A stretch of DNA of 64,000 nt from Anaerolineaceae bacterium UBA2260 (lineage in GTDB: Bacteria > Chloroflexota > Anaerolineae > Anaerolineales > Anaerolineaceae): contig DDXM01000037.1 in the NCBI GenBank assembly GCA_002347485.1, positions 16,502 to 80,501 of the forward strand, read 5' to 3'. This document shows, one piece after another, positions 36,622-44,890 of this stretch. Positions within the stretch are counted from its first letter, which is position 1. The number at the start of each line of letters is the position of its first letter. The position numbers and the translations under genes were made by a program. The notes beneath the pieces were generated by a model. That model saw nothing but the letters and a program-made list of their open reading frames with translations. It made no database searches and was not told where the DNA came from.

Positions 36622-38229
36622 TTACTCCATCGTGGAAATGTCGCCGGGGTCTTTCCCCTCGTAGACTGCTTTCAATACCCTGCGCAGAATTTTACCACTC
36701 TGGTTCTTCGGGATGCGATTGATAACGCGAAACTCCGCCGGGATCGCAGTGGTGGATACCTTGTTGCTGACGTAAATACGGCATTTCAATTCCAGTTCGC
36801 GGCTCCAGGCTTGTCCGTTGCGCAATTTAACGAAAGCGATGATTTTCTTGTGCAAAAGCGGGTCATCTGCCCCGATGACCGCCACATCCACGATCTCTTC
36901 GATCTCCAGCAGCGCGCTTTCCACTTCAAAAGGTCCCACCAGGTGACCGGCAGTGTTGATCACATCGTCCGCGCGGCTGACGTACCAGAAATACCCGTCC
37001 TCGTCGCGCCAGGCCAGGTCACCGGTGATGTAGATCTCTCCTTGAAATTTTTCCGCATATGCCGCGTCATTGTGAAAATAGCCGCGGAACATCGAGCCCC
37101 AGCCCATCCGCAGGCATAACAAACCCTGTTCGCCCGCGGGCAGGATATCCATATTCTCGTTGCAGATGAACGCTTCGGCACCGGAGCGTGGCTTTCCCAT
37201 CGACCCGGGTTTGACAGGCATGGGGGGGTGATTACCGATCATCATCGACCCCGTTTCCGATTGCCACCAGGTGTCATAGATCTCCACCTTGAAGGTCTTT
37301 CTTCCCCAATGGTAGATCTCCGGATTCAATGGTTCGCCGACGCTGTATATGCGTTTGAGGGATGAGAAATCAAGGGTAAGGAAAGCGTTTTCATCTTCCT
37401 GCATGAGCATTCTCAACGCAGTCGGTGCTGTGTACCACACATTGACTTTCTGGTTTTGCAGGATCTTCAACCAGCTGGCCGCGTTGTAACTCCCGCTGTA
37501 TTGTGCCTGGAGCGCGCCGCTGCTGAAAGGCGCGATCAACCCGTAGACGATGCCGGTGATCCACGCCGGGTCGGCGGTGCACCAATAGATGTCCCGTTCC
37601 TCCAGCTGCATGATATCGCGAAAGGATTGGCGCATATCACCTAAAGCGCCGTGAACGTGCAATGCGCCCTTGGGTTTGCCGGTGGAACCGGAGGTGTACT
37701 GCAGAAAAGCTGGTGTTTCTTTATCCACCATGTGGGGGTAATCGAAAAGTCCGCCGGTAACCGCAATCAGGCGCTTGAGGCTCAGGATAGTGTCGTCCTG
37801 GTGGTCGTCGAGATCGGTCACAAGTATCTTTTTCAAAGCGGGCAGCCTGTCCTTAATGGCGATGATTTTGCGCAGCAGGCTCCTGCGAGTGAGGATAATG
37901 CGAGTTTGGCTGTTGGAAAGCCTGTCGAGCAATCCCTCTTCGCCAAGCGTGCTGAAGAGGATGCAGGAGACCGCCTGGTTCTTTAGTATTCCGAAGAAAG
38001 AGTTGATCAGCTGCAAACTGCGGGGGAGGAAGATGCTGATCGTATCCCCTGGTTTTACATTGAGTTGTTTCAATACCGCAGCCAAACGGTTTGATTCGCG
38101 TTCAAAGTAGGCAAAGGTGAAGCTTTCAGTTGACAGGTCATTTTCGATCCAGCGCAACGCTTCGCGACGCTCCTGGCCATTTTCGACAAAGCGGGTTACG
38201 CATGCGTAGGCAATGTTCTCGACAAACAT
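36622..38229 (-). CDS. AMP-forming adenylating enzyme (acyl-CoA synthetase / acyl-carrier-protein ligase family)
   Basis: The ANL core motifs are LQYTSGSTGKPKG, YWCTADPAWITG, GEPL, TGDLAWRDEDGYFWYVSRADDVI and PKNQSGKILRR. I place the start at the ATG at 38229 (MFVENIAY...) because GGGAGGA sits 4 nt upstream. The track ORF extends to 38307. Confidence 0.85.
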   Translation of the reverse strand: MFVENIAYACVTRFVENGQERREALRWIENDLSTESFTFAYFERESNRLAAVLKQLNVKPGDTISIFLPRSLQLINSFFGILKNQAVSCILFSTLGEEGLLDRLSNSQTRIILTRRSLLRKIIAIKDRLPALKKILVTDLDDHQDDTILSLKRLIAVTGGLFDYPHMVDKETPAFLQYTSGSTGKPKGALHVHGALGDMRQSFRDIMQLEERDIYWCTADPAWITGIVYGLIAPFSSGALQAQYSGSYNAASWLKILQNQKVNVWYTAPTALRMLMQEDENAFLTLDFSSLKRIYSVGEPLNPEIYHWGRKTFKVEIYDTWWQSETGSMMIGNHPPMPVKPGSMGKPRSGAEAFICNENMDILPAGEQGLLCLRMGWGSMFRGYFHNDAAYAEKFQGEIYITGDLAWRDEDGYFWYVSRADDVINTAGHLVGPFEVESALLEIEEIVDVAVIGADDPLLHKKIIAFVKLRNGQAWSRELELKCRIYVSNKVSTTAIPAEFRVINRIPKNQSGKILRRVLKAVYEGKDPGDISTME

Positions 38230-38468
38230 TAATCCTCCCTCAAGGATTGGACATCCTGCGCCACTGGAAATGACGGGTGTGGAATCACCGGAGATCAGGT
38301 CATCCACTGCTACCCGTACCCAGGGTAGATCCAGAATGTGAACCGATGGTACGCCAACCTATTCTTGCGTTCCAACAATCCGGCGAGCAGACCTTCCATA
38401 GGGTTGAAGTCAAACCACCGTAACAGGACGCGGCGTAATTGCCATTATACTCAAAGTAAAGAACTGCA

Positions 38469-38477
38469 TGATAGAAT
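38469..38477 (+). promoter_or_regulatory. Extended -10 promoter TGaTAGAAT upstream of the NusG-like gene
   Basis: TGATAGAAT lies at 38469-38477, about 55 nt upstream of the ATG at 38533. Confidence 0.35.
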
Positions 38478-38532
38478 TTTCATCTGAGGAAAATTGCCTT
38501 AATCACCAAGGATATAGGACGCACACGAAAAG

Positions 38533-39057
38533 ATGACACTCGCCTGGCTTGTGATCCGTAGTAAACCCAACCGTGAGGATTTTCTCGCGCGTGAGTTGGA
38601 ATCCCGAGATGTTGAGGTTTTTCATCCAAGGTTATTGGCAAACCCGGTAAACCCGCGCGCCCGGCGTTTCAAACCTTACTTTCCGGGTTACGTATTTGTG
38701 CGCGTTGATGTTGAGAAGATTAATACATCTTCGCTTGAGCACATCCCCGGGGCGGCGAACCTTGTCTCATTCGGGGGTGAGCTCGCGTCCGTGCCGGATA
38801 ACATTGTTCATGCGATCCGTCGCAAGGTGGAGGAGACGAACGCTGCCGGTGGTGAAAAAGCCGCGACCTTGCATCCTGGTGACCTGGTTGAGATCGAGCA
38901 TGGACCTTTCGCCGGCTACACCGCCATCCTCGATGCCAGCTTGCCTGGCAGCGAACGCGTGCGAGTGCTCCTGCGCATGCTCGAGAAGCGGGAGCTTCCG
39001 GTAGAAATGCCTGCTGGGTTCATAAAGGCGAGAAAAACCCCAAAAAAGAAATATTAA
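38533..39057 (+). CDS. Specialised NusG paralogue (RfaH/UpxY/LoaP-like transcription antiterminator)
   Basis: The NGN domain reads WLVIRSKPNREDFLARELESRDVEVFHPRL...KPYFPGYVFVRVD...GAANLVSFGG..ASVPDNIV. The KOW motif reads PGDLVEIEHGPFAGYTAIL. The 174-aa product is collinear with E. coli RfaH as I recall it. Confidence 0.8.
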   Translation: MTLAWLVIRSKPNREDFLARELESRDVEVFHPRLLANPVNPRARRFKPYFPGYVFVRVDVEKINTSSLEHIPGAANLVSFGGELASVPDNIVHAIRRKVEETNAAGGEKAATLHPGDLVEIEHGPFAGYTAILDASLPGSERVRVLLRMLEKRELPVEMPAGFIKARKTPKKKY

Positions 39058-39090
39058 TTGTACGATCTGGTGAGACAATCTCAGATCGGT

Positions 39091-39136
39091 CCGTAGAGTC
39101 TCCGTAAAGTCTCCGTAAAGTCTCCGTAAAGTCTCC
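39091..39136 (+). repeat. Tandem direct repeat, 11-bp unit CCGTA(A/G)AGTCT x4 plus a partial fifth copy
   Basis: The copies are CCGTAGAGTCT (39091-39101), then CCGTAAAGTCT at 39102, 39113 and 39124, then CCAAA. The array ends 18 nt upstream of the TGaTATACT element. Confidence 0.9.
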
Positions 39137-39154
39137 AAACAATAGAGAAAATTC

Positions 39155-39163
39155 TGATATACT
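39155..39163 (+). promoter_or_regulatory. Extended -10 promoter TGaTATACT for the locus-B operon
   Basis: TGATATACT lies at 39155-39163. No recognisable -35 is present; the 11-bp repeat array occupies that position. The site is about 60 nt upstream of the ATG at 39225, which is preceded by AAGGGGA. Confidence 0.45.
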
Positions 39164-39224
39164 ATATTTTAAATTATTTCAATCCTCGCAATTATCTTGT
39201 TCTGTAAACAAATAAGGGGAAAAA

Positions 39225-40757
39225 ATGAGTCGAGCTGTCGATTTCTCTGATAAGCAGGTTTATAGGCAGGTAACTCTCACAGCGGCAACCCAAATTAGAA
39301 AGAGAGGGCTGCGATTTTTAAAACGCGCTTTGGATATTTTTGCGGCGTTTTGGGGCTTATTTTTCTCTTCCCCTTTGTTTCTTTTTATTGCCATACGCAT
39401 TAAACGAGAATCTCCCGGGCCTGTTTTTTACCGTGGTGACCGCGTCGGGAGAAATGGAAAGCCTTTTAAAATTCTCAAGTTCCGCACCATGTATGAATCT
39501 CCCGAAAATCACAACGGTTCAAGATTAACCGGCAAGAACGATTCACGCGTGACCCCGTTCGGTTCTTGGCTGCGCCGGACAAAGCTTAATGAACTGCCGC
39601 AGTTGTGGAATGTGCTGGTCGGAGAGATGAGCCTGGTGGGGCCGCGGCCGGAAGACCCGCACTTCGTGGAGCAATGGCCGGAGGAGGTGAGAGTAGAAGT
39701 ATTATCGGTGCGACCGGGGATGACCAGCCCCGCGTCCGTTACGTACCGGGATGAGGAAAACCTGCTAACCGGCAGTAGCGTTCTGGATGAATATTTACGC
39801 ACCATCTTGCCGGAAAAATTGCGCCTTGACCAGCTTTATGTCCACCATTACACCTTCTTGGGTGACCTGGACACCATTTTTATGACATTGGTGATGCTGC
39901 TGCCGGGGTTACGAACCAAGAAAGTCCGGGAAGATGTACTGTTCCAGGGTCCGCTGGTTAGTTTTGCCCGCCGATACGTTTCCTGGTTTTTGATTGACAC
40001 ATTGGTCGCATTTATCTCGATTTCAATAGTATCTTTGTTGGCGCGCATATCCGGCCCTTTCAATATCGGCTTTGGCCGCATGGTTGGGATCGCCTTGGGT
40101 CTGGCGTTTATCATGGGTTTGACGAATACATTATTCGGCCTGAAAAACATCTCGTGGCGGTATGCCAGCCCAACGCATGTGTTTGACCTGGGATTATCAA
40201 CTCTGGTTGGGATGCTGGTTTTCTCGTTACTGGTCTTGCCCGTCCTGGGTATTAACCTGCCTGTAATCTTACTGGTGTTATTTGGATTGATCACATTGGG
40301 TGGCTTCGTGACTGTACGCTATCGCGAAAGATTGATCACCGGGCTGGCTTCCCGTTGGATCCACTGGCGCAGTCAGAACAGCCTGATGGGTGAGCGGATT
40401 CTGATCATCGGCGCAGGCGATGCCGGTCAACTGGCGATCTGGCTGCTGGAAAAGAGCAATCTTTCGCCAGCTTTTTCGGTCGTGGGAATGGTGGATGATG
40501 ACTATAAAAAAGTCGGACAGCGATTTAACGGTTATGAAGTGCTCGGCACCACCCGTGATATACCGGAGATTGTGGTAAAAAAGAGTATCGGGTTGATCAT
40601 GTTTGCCATCACCCGGGTAAACAAAAAGGACAAGGAGCGCATTCTCGAAACCTGCCGTGATCTGAACGTGCACATGATCATGGTACCGGATCTGCTTAAA
40701 GTGGTCAGTGACTACATTACCCAGCAAACCCGCGAGGTGGTGGAAACTAATGAGTGA
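39225..40757 (+). CDS. Phosphoglycosyl transferase with permuted architecture (N-terminal Bac_transf catalytic domain, TM block, C-terminal Rossmann-like domain)
   Basis: The N-terminus has the re-entrant helix ALDIFAAFWGLFFSSPLFLFIAIRIK, then ESPGPVFYRGDRVGRNGKPFKILKFRTM and NELPQLWNVLVGEMSLVGPRPE. About 4 TM helices follow (aa ~250-370). The C-terminus reads ERILIIGAGDAGQLAIWLLEKS...VVGMVDDDYKKVGQRFNGYEVLG. Confidence 0.85.
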   Translation: MSRAVDFSDKQVYRQVTLTAATQIRKRGLRFLKRALDIFAAFWGLFFSSPLFLFIAIRIKRESPGPVFYRGDRVGRNGKPFKILKFRTMYESPENHNGSRLTGKNDSRVTPFGSWLRRTKLNELPQLWNVLVGEMSLVGPRPEDPHFVEQWPEEVRVEVLSVRPGMTSPASVTYRDEENLLTGSSVLDEYLRTILPEKLRLDQLYVHHYTFLGDLDTIFMTLVMLLPGLRTKKVREDVLFQGPLVSFARRYVSWFLIDTLVAFISISIVSLLARISGPFNIGFGRMVGIALGLAFIMGLTNTLFGLKNISWRYASPTHVFDLGLSTLVGMLVFSLLVLPVLGINLPVILLVLFGLITLGGFVTVRYRERLITGLASRWIHWRSQNSLMGERILIIGAGDAGQLAIWLLEKSNLSPAFSVVGMVDDDYKKVGQRFNGYEVLGTTRDIPEIVVKKSIGLIMFAITRVNKKDKERILETCRDLNVHMIMVPDLLKVVSDYITQQTREVVETNE

Positions 40758-41745
40758 GAAATGGAAGGATCGTAAAATTCTGGTTACCGGCGGCGGCGGT
40801 TTTATCGGCAGCCGGCTGGTAGAGGTGCTGATGAGGTCTGGCGCGCAAGTGCGCGCCTTTGTGCGCTATAACTCGCGTGGTGATTCCGGCCTCTTGCGCA
40901 CGCTTTCTCCTTACGTATTAGGGGAAATTGAGATCGTTCCTGGTGATCTGCGCGATGAGGACGCGGTGCGCAATGCGGTCAGGGATCGCGAGGTGGTCTT
41001 TCACCTGGGAGCGTTGATCTCGATTCCCTACTCGTACTTGCACCCGGCTGAGGTAGCCGAGACGAATATGATGGGCACGCTGAATGTATTGCTTGCCTGC
41101 CGCGACATGGGCGTGCAGCGCCTGGTCCACACTTCCACCAGCGAGGTGTATGGCACTGCCCGCACCGCTCCCATCAGCGAACGCCATCCCTTGCAGGGAC
41201 AATCGCCATATTCCGCCAGCAAGATCGGGGCGGATAAACTGGCGGAGAGTTTCTACTGCGCGTATGACCTTCCGGTGATCACGGTGCGTCCTTTCAACAC
41301 CTATGGGCCGGCGCAATCGGCGCGCGCGGTCATTCCCACCATCATTACCCAGGCGCTCACCCGCGACACCATTCACCTGGGCAATCTTGACTCTACCCGC
41401 GATTTCACCTATGTGGATGACACCGTCGCCGGCTTTCTGAGCGCGGCAGAAGGCAGCGCCGGAATTGGCGAGGTCTTCAACCTGGGCACTGGCGAAGAAA
41501 TTCGCATTGGCGACCTGGCTAACAAGGTCATCGCGATGGTCGGGCGTGATGTCAAAATTGATTTGCAACCGGAACGCCTGCGTCCGGAAAAATCCGAAGT
41601 GATGCGCTTGATCTCGGATAACCGCCGCGCGCGCGAGGTGCTGGGCTGGTCGCCGCAGATTTCCCTTGAAGAGGGATTGAAACGCACCATTCACTGGATC
41701 AGTGAGAATATCAACCAATATCGGGTCGGTAAATATGAGTTCTAA
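40750..41745 (+). CDS. NAD-dependent sugar-nucleotide epimerase/dehydratase (extended SDR; 4,6-dehydratase or UDP-glucuronate-decarboxylase-like)
   Basis: KILVTGGGGFIGSRLVEVL, STSEVYG and the YxxxK motif in YSASKIGADKL identify an extended SDR. I place the start at the ATG at 40750, which overlaps the upstream gene by 8 nt. Confidence 0.85.
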   Translation: MSEKWKDRKILVTGGGGFIGSRLVEVLMRSGAQVRAFVRYNSRGDSGLLRTLSPYVLGEIEIVPGDLRDEDAVRNAVRDREVVFHLGALISIPYSYLHPAEVAETNMMGTLNVLLACRDMGVQRLVHTSTSEVYGTARTAPISERHPLQGQSPYSASKIGADKLAESFYCAYDLPVITVRPFNTYGPAQSARAVIPTIITQALTRDTIHLGNLDSTRDFTYVDDTVAGFLSAAEGSAGIGEVFNLGTGEEIRIGDLANKVIAMVGRDVKIDLQPERLRPEKSEVMRLISDNRRAREVLGWSPQISLEEGLKRTIHWISENINQYRVGKYEF

Positions 41746-42463
41746 GCAAAGCAAAATTCGCGCAGTAGTGCTGGCGGGCGGAAAGGGAACACGGCTCGCG
41801 CCCTACACCCGCATTTTCCCCAAACCGCTGATGCCGATCGGGGATTTCCCCATCCTCGAGATCATGCTGCGGCAAATGAAACACGCCGGTATCCGGCATG
41901 TAACACTCACCGTGGGCTATCTCGGGAATATGCTGCGACTGTTTTTCCAGGATGGCGCGCGGTTGGGCATACAGATCGATTATGTCGATGAGAATAAACC
42001 GCTCGGCACATCGGGACCGTTAGCGAACGTGGAAGGCCTGGAGGATACATTCCTGGTGACCAACGGTGATGTTCTCACCGACCTTGATATTATCGATCTC
42101 ATCACTTTTCATCAGCAGCAGGGAGCTGTCGCCACCATCGCCACGCACAAACGCAAAGTCAACATTAACCTGGGCGTGGTCGAATTGGATAAACAGAATA
42201 CCGTGGTCGATTATCTCGAAAAGCCGAGCATCGATTACCTGGTGAGTATGGGGGTTTACGTGTTCGAACCGCGCGTTCTGCAGTACATACCGAAGGACGA
42301 ATATCTCGACTTCCCTGACCTGGTGAAAATACTGGTCGCTGCCGGAGAAAAGGTGAGCGGCTATGTTTTCAAGGGGTATTGGGAGGACCTGGGCAACCAG
42401 GACGATTACGCCCGCGCAACGGCGGATTTTGAAAAAGACCGATCCCGCTTTTTAAAGGAGTAA
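41735..42463 (+). CDS. Sugar-1-phosphate nucleotidyltransferase (GT-A NTP_transferase fold; specificity unknown)
   Basis: [33 protein letters not shown] ... ENKPLGTSGPL ... VTNGDVLTDLD matches the fold. I place the start at the ATG at 41735, which overlaps the SDR gene. Confidence 0.85.
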   Translation: MSSKQSKIRAVVLAGGKGTRLAPYTRIFPKPLMPIGDFPILEIMLRQMKHAGIRHVTLTVGYLGNMLRLFFQDGARLGIQIDYVDENKPLGTSGPLANVEGLEDTFLVTNGDVLTDLDIIDLITFHQQQGAVATIATHKRKVNINLGVVELDKQNTVVDYLEKPSIDYLVSMGVYVFEPRVLQYIPKDEYLDFPDLVKILVAAGEKVSGYVFKGYWEDLGNQDDYARATADFEKDRSRFLKE

Positions 42464-42466
42464 TGC

Positions 42467-43606
42467 ATGAATTGGGTCGTTCCATTATCGGATGTGAAAT
42501 TTGGCATCGAAGAAATCAACGCCGTGACTGCAGTGCTGGAAAGCGGCTGGTTGACGATGGGGGCGGTGACCGCCGAGTTTGAAAAGGAATTCGCCGCCTA
42601 TACCGGCGCGAAGCACGCGTTGGCGGTCTCGAACGCCACGGTCGCGCTGCACATGGCCTGCCTGGGACTGGATATCGGTTCGGGCGATGAGGTGATCGTC
42701 CCTTCGCTGACCTTTGTGGCGACCGCCAATGCTGTGCGCTACACCGGGGCGACGCCGGTTTTCGCCGATATCACCAGTGAGAACAATCTGACGATCTCGC
42801 TGGCATCCATCGAGCGCGCGCTCACCCCGCGCACCAAAGCGGTGATAGTGATGCATTACGGCGGTTACGCCTGCGACATGCCTGCCATCCTTGCCTGGGC
42901 TGAAGAGCGCGGGCTGCCGGTCATCGAGGACGCCGCCCACGCTGCGGGATCATTTCTGGATGGCAGGCACCTGGGTACCTGGGGGAAGACGGGGTGCTTC
43001 AGCTTTTTCTCCAACAAGAACCTCTCGACGGGCGAGGGGGGCATGATTGTCACCGATGACGACGCGCTGGCGGAGCGCTTTCGTCTGCTGCGCTCGCACG
43101 GCATGACCTCGCTCACCTGGGACCGCCACCAGGGGCACGCCTGGAGCTACGATGTGGTCGCTACTGGCTACAACTACCGCATCGATGAGATCCGCTCCGC
43201 GCTGGGGCGGGTGCAATTGAGCAAGCTGGAAGACAACAATACCCGCCGCCGTGAACTGGTCAGCCTGTACCGTGATCTGCTGATTGAGTTGTGCCCCGCG
43301 ATCAGTGTCCCCTTCCGGGATCACCCCGGGGTGTCCGCCGGGCATATCATGCCGGTGCTGCTGCCGCGCGGCGCCAACCGCTTGCGTTTCATGGAGGGCA
43401 TGAAGTCACATGGCATCCAGACCAGCATCCACTACCCGCCGATCCATACCTTCACCTCGTTCAGGGAAAGTGCCAGAGGCGCTGACCGGCTGCCGGTGAC
43501 CGATGACGTTGCCGCGCGCGAGGTAACCCTGCCGCTTTACCCCACGCTGAGCGATGAGCAGGTGAAGTTGGTGGTGGAAGCCGCCCGTGACTCGCTTGGC
43601 ATCTGA
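42467..43606 (+). CDS. DegT/DnrJ/EryC1/StrS-family sugar aminotransferase
   Basis: EFEKEFAAYTGAKHALAVSNATVALH, VIVPSLTFVATANAV, IEDAAHA and FSFFSNKNLSTGEGG (the lysine in SNKN) match the family along the full length. Confidence 0.9.
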   Translation: MNWVVPLSDVKFGIEEINAVTAVLESGWLTMGAVTAEFEKEFAAYTGAKHALAVSNATVALHMACLGLDIGSGDEVIVPSLTFVATANAVRYTGATPVFADITSENNLTISLASIERALTPRTKAVIVMHYGGYACDMPAILAWAEERGLPVIEDAAHAAGSFLDGRHLGTWGKTGCFSFFSNKNLSTGEGGMIVTDDDALAERFRLLRSHGMTSLTWDRHQGHAWSYDVVATGYNYRIDEIRSALGRVQLSKLEDNNTRRRELVSLYRDLLIELCPAISVPFRDHPGVSAGHIMPVLLPRGANRLRFMEGMKSHGIQTSIHYPPIHTFTSFRESARGADRLPVTDDVAAREVTLPLYPTLSDEQVKLVVEAARDSLGI

Positions 43607-43649
43607 GCGTTTTTTCGAAAGTTTCTAATCAACCGGATAACCATTCATT

Positions 43650-44497
43650 ATGAATCCGGATTCCCGACCCTCGCCTGACACGCTTTTCAAGATCCTCAAC
43701 CGGAATACTTTACTTGAGGATTTGCTCCCTACCATATCACCCAGGATCGGCTCGAGCTCGAAAAAGCGACGCAGGGGCAGGGTGTGTCTCTTTTGCTACA
43801 CAACCGTTTGTCGAAAGTGAAGTCGCTTGTTCCTTCCGATCTGAAACAAAACTTGCGCGACGCCTATTTGCAGGCGACTGCCCGTAACATGGTCATACTG
43901 CATCATGCCGGGACGGTGCTCAAAGCACTGAGCGAGCGCGGACTCGAGGTGATCGTGCTAAAAGGGCTATACCTCGCCGAGGTGGTGTATTCGGGCATCG
44001 GGCTACGTACCTTCGAGGACATTGACTTGCTGCTGCGACGGCGAGACCTGCCGGCGGCACTGGAGGTGATGCGCGGCAGGGGTGTGAACTGAGCACCTGG
44101 TATGACCCTGCTGATTCCAACCGCGATATCAAGCACATCCCGGCGCCGGTGAAGAAAGGCGCACCGATCGTTGAGCTGCACTGGACCATCCTGGAGGAAG
44201 AGGAACCGTTTTCAATCGATGTGGAAGCGATGTGGGCGCGCAGCGTGCCTGCTGAGATTGCCGGGGTGGGCGTGCGCGGGCTGAGCGTGGAGGACCTGCT
44301 GCTGCATCTGAGCCTGCACCTTACCTACCAGCACCGGCTGGTAGGGGGGTGAGGAGCCACTACGACATCGACGCGGTCATTCGTAACGGCGGCGTGGACT
44401 GGACGCGGCTGGTGAGCACTGCGCAGGAATGGGGCGTGGAGCGCGGGTGACCTGGTTGACGCTGCACATGTTGGAGGATATCGCTGGTACATCTTTA
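43650..44497 (+). pseudogene. Multiply frameshifted remnant of an 'uncharacterised nucleotidyltransferase' (NTP_transf_5-like) gene
   Basis: Family-like sequence is spread over three frames:
- MNPDSRPSPDTLFKILNR...
- ...QGVSLLLHNRLSKV...LERGLEVIVLKGLYLAEVVYSGIGLRTFEDIDLLLRRRDL...MRGRG (stop at 44090)
- ...STWYDPADSNRDIKHIPAPVKKGAPIVELHWTILEE...EDLLLHLSLHLTYQH (stop at 44350)
- ...VRSHYDIDAVIRNGGVDWTRLVSTAQEWGVER (stop at 44448)
- ...VTWLTLHMLEDIAG
One shift coincides with a G6 run at 44344-44349. Confidence 0.7.
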
Positions 44498-44890
44498 CCG
44501 CGACCCCGGTGTTCCCAACGGCTACGCATACCTTCACGGCTACCCAGGTGACCCTAACTGCGACGCATACCCTCACCGCTACCCCGGTGACCCCAACAGC
44601 GACAGCCACTGTTCCACTTGCTCTCTCATACACAATTTCCAGCACAGTGGTCGACGCACTAAGCGTGCCGCTTAGCGGAGTTACGATCCGGGATAATTAC
44701 GGACGTTCAGTCATTCAACGCGACCAGGAAGTACACCTTATGCCCAGGGTTCCCGGCAGGTACTTACACCCTCATGCCATAGCATGCGGGATATGGTTTC
44801 GCGCCTGAAACCCCAGAGGTTACCGTGATCGATGCTGATATTTCCGGGGTCAATTTCACTAGCACCGCGTATACGTATCCCTACTGATTT
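44497..44890 (+). pseudogene. Remnant of a secreted protein: Thr-rich linker plus a carboxypeptidase-regulatory-like beta-sandwich domain, frameshifted and carrying an in-frame TAG
   Basis: Frame A reads TATHTFTATQVTLTATHTLTATPVTPTATATVPLALSYTISSTVVDALSVPLSGVTIRDNYGRS. Frame B continues as ...YTLCPGFPAGTYTLMP*HAGYGFAPETPEVTVIDADISGVNFTSTAYTYPY. The TAG stop interrupts the conserved AGTYTLxP...GY.F.P pattern. Confidence 0.6.

Noticed and set aside
39091-39136. The possibility that the 11-bp tandem repeat is a CRISPR array or an RfaH ops-like recruitment site.
   Set aside because: It is not CRISPR because the units are contiguous with no spacers and are far too short. The first copy (GTCCGTAGAGTC) matches the E. 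coli ops consensus GGCGGTAGnnTG at only 7 of 10 specified positions. The array also lies upstream of the predicted -10, so it would not be in the transcript or non-template bubble.
40918-41754. 278-aa ORF on the minus strand covering almost the whole SDR gene. Similar long antisense ORFs lie at 6051-6578, 8772-9374, 10344-10889, 31781-32326, 35176-35706, 42485-42940 and 51348-51830.
   Set aside because: These are shadow ORFs opposite well-supported genes in GC-rich coding sequence. Their translations are Arg/Gly/Ala/Pro-rich low-complexity strings with no recognisable motifs. They have no ribosome-binding sites.
43607-43625. Possible terminator after the DegT gene (a T6 run at 43610-43615).
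   Set aside because: The only stem I could draw upstream of the T-run has 3-4 bp (CGCT...AGCG), which is too weak to call.
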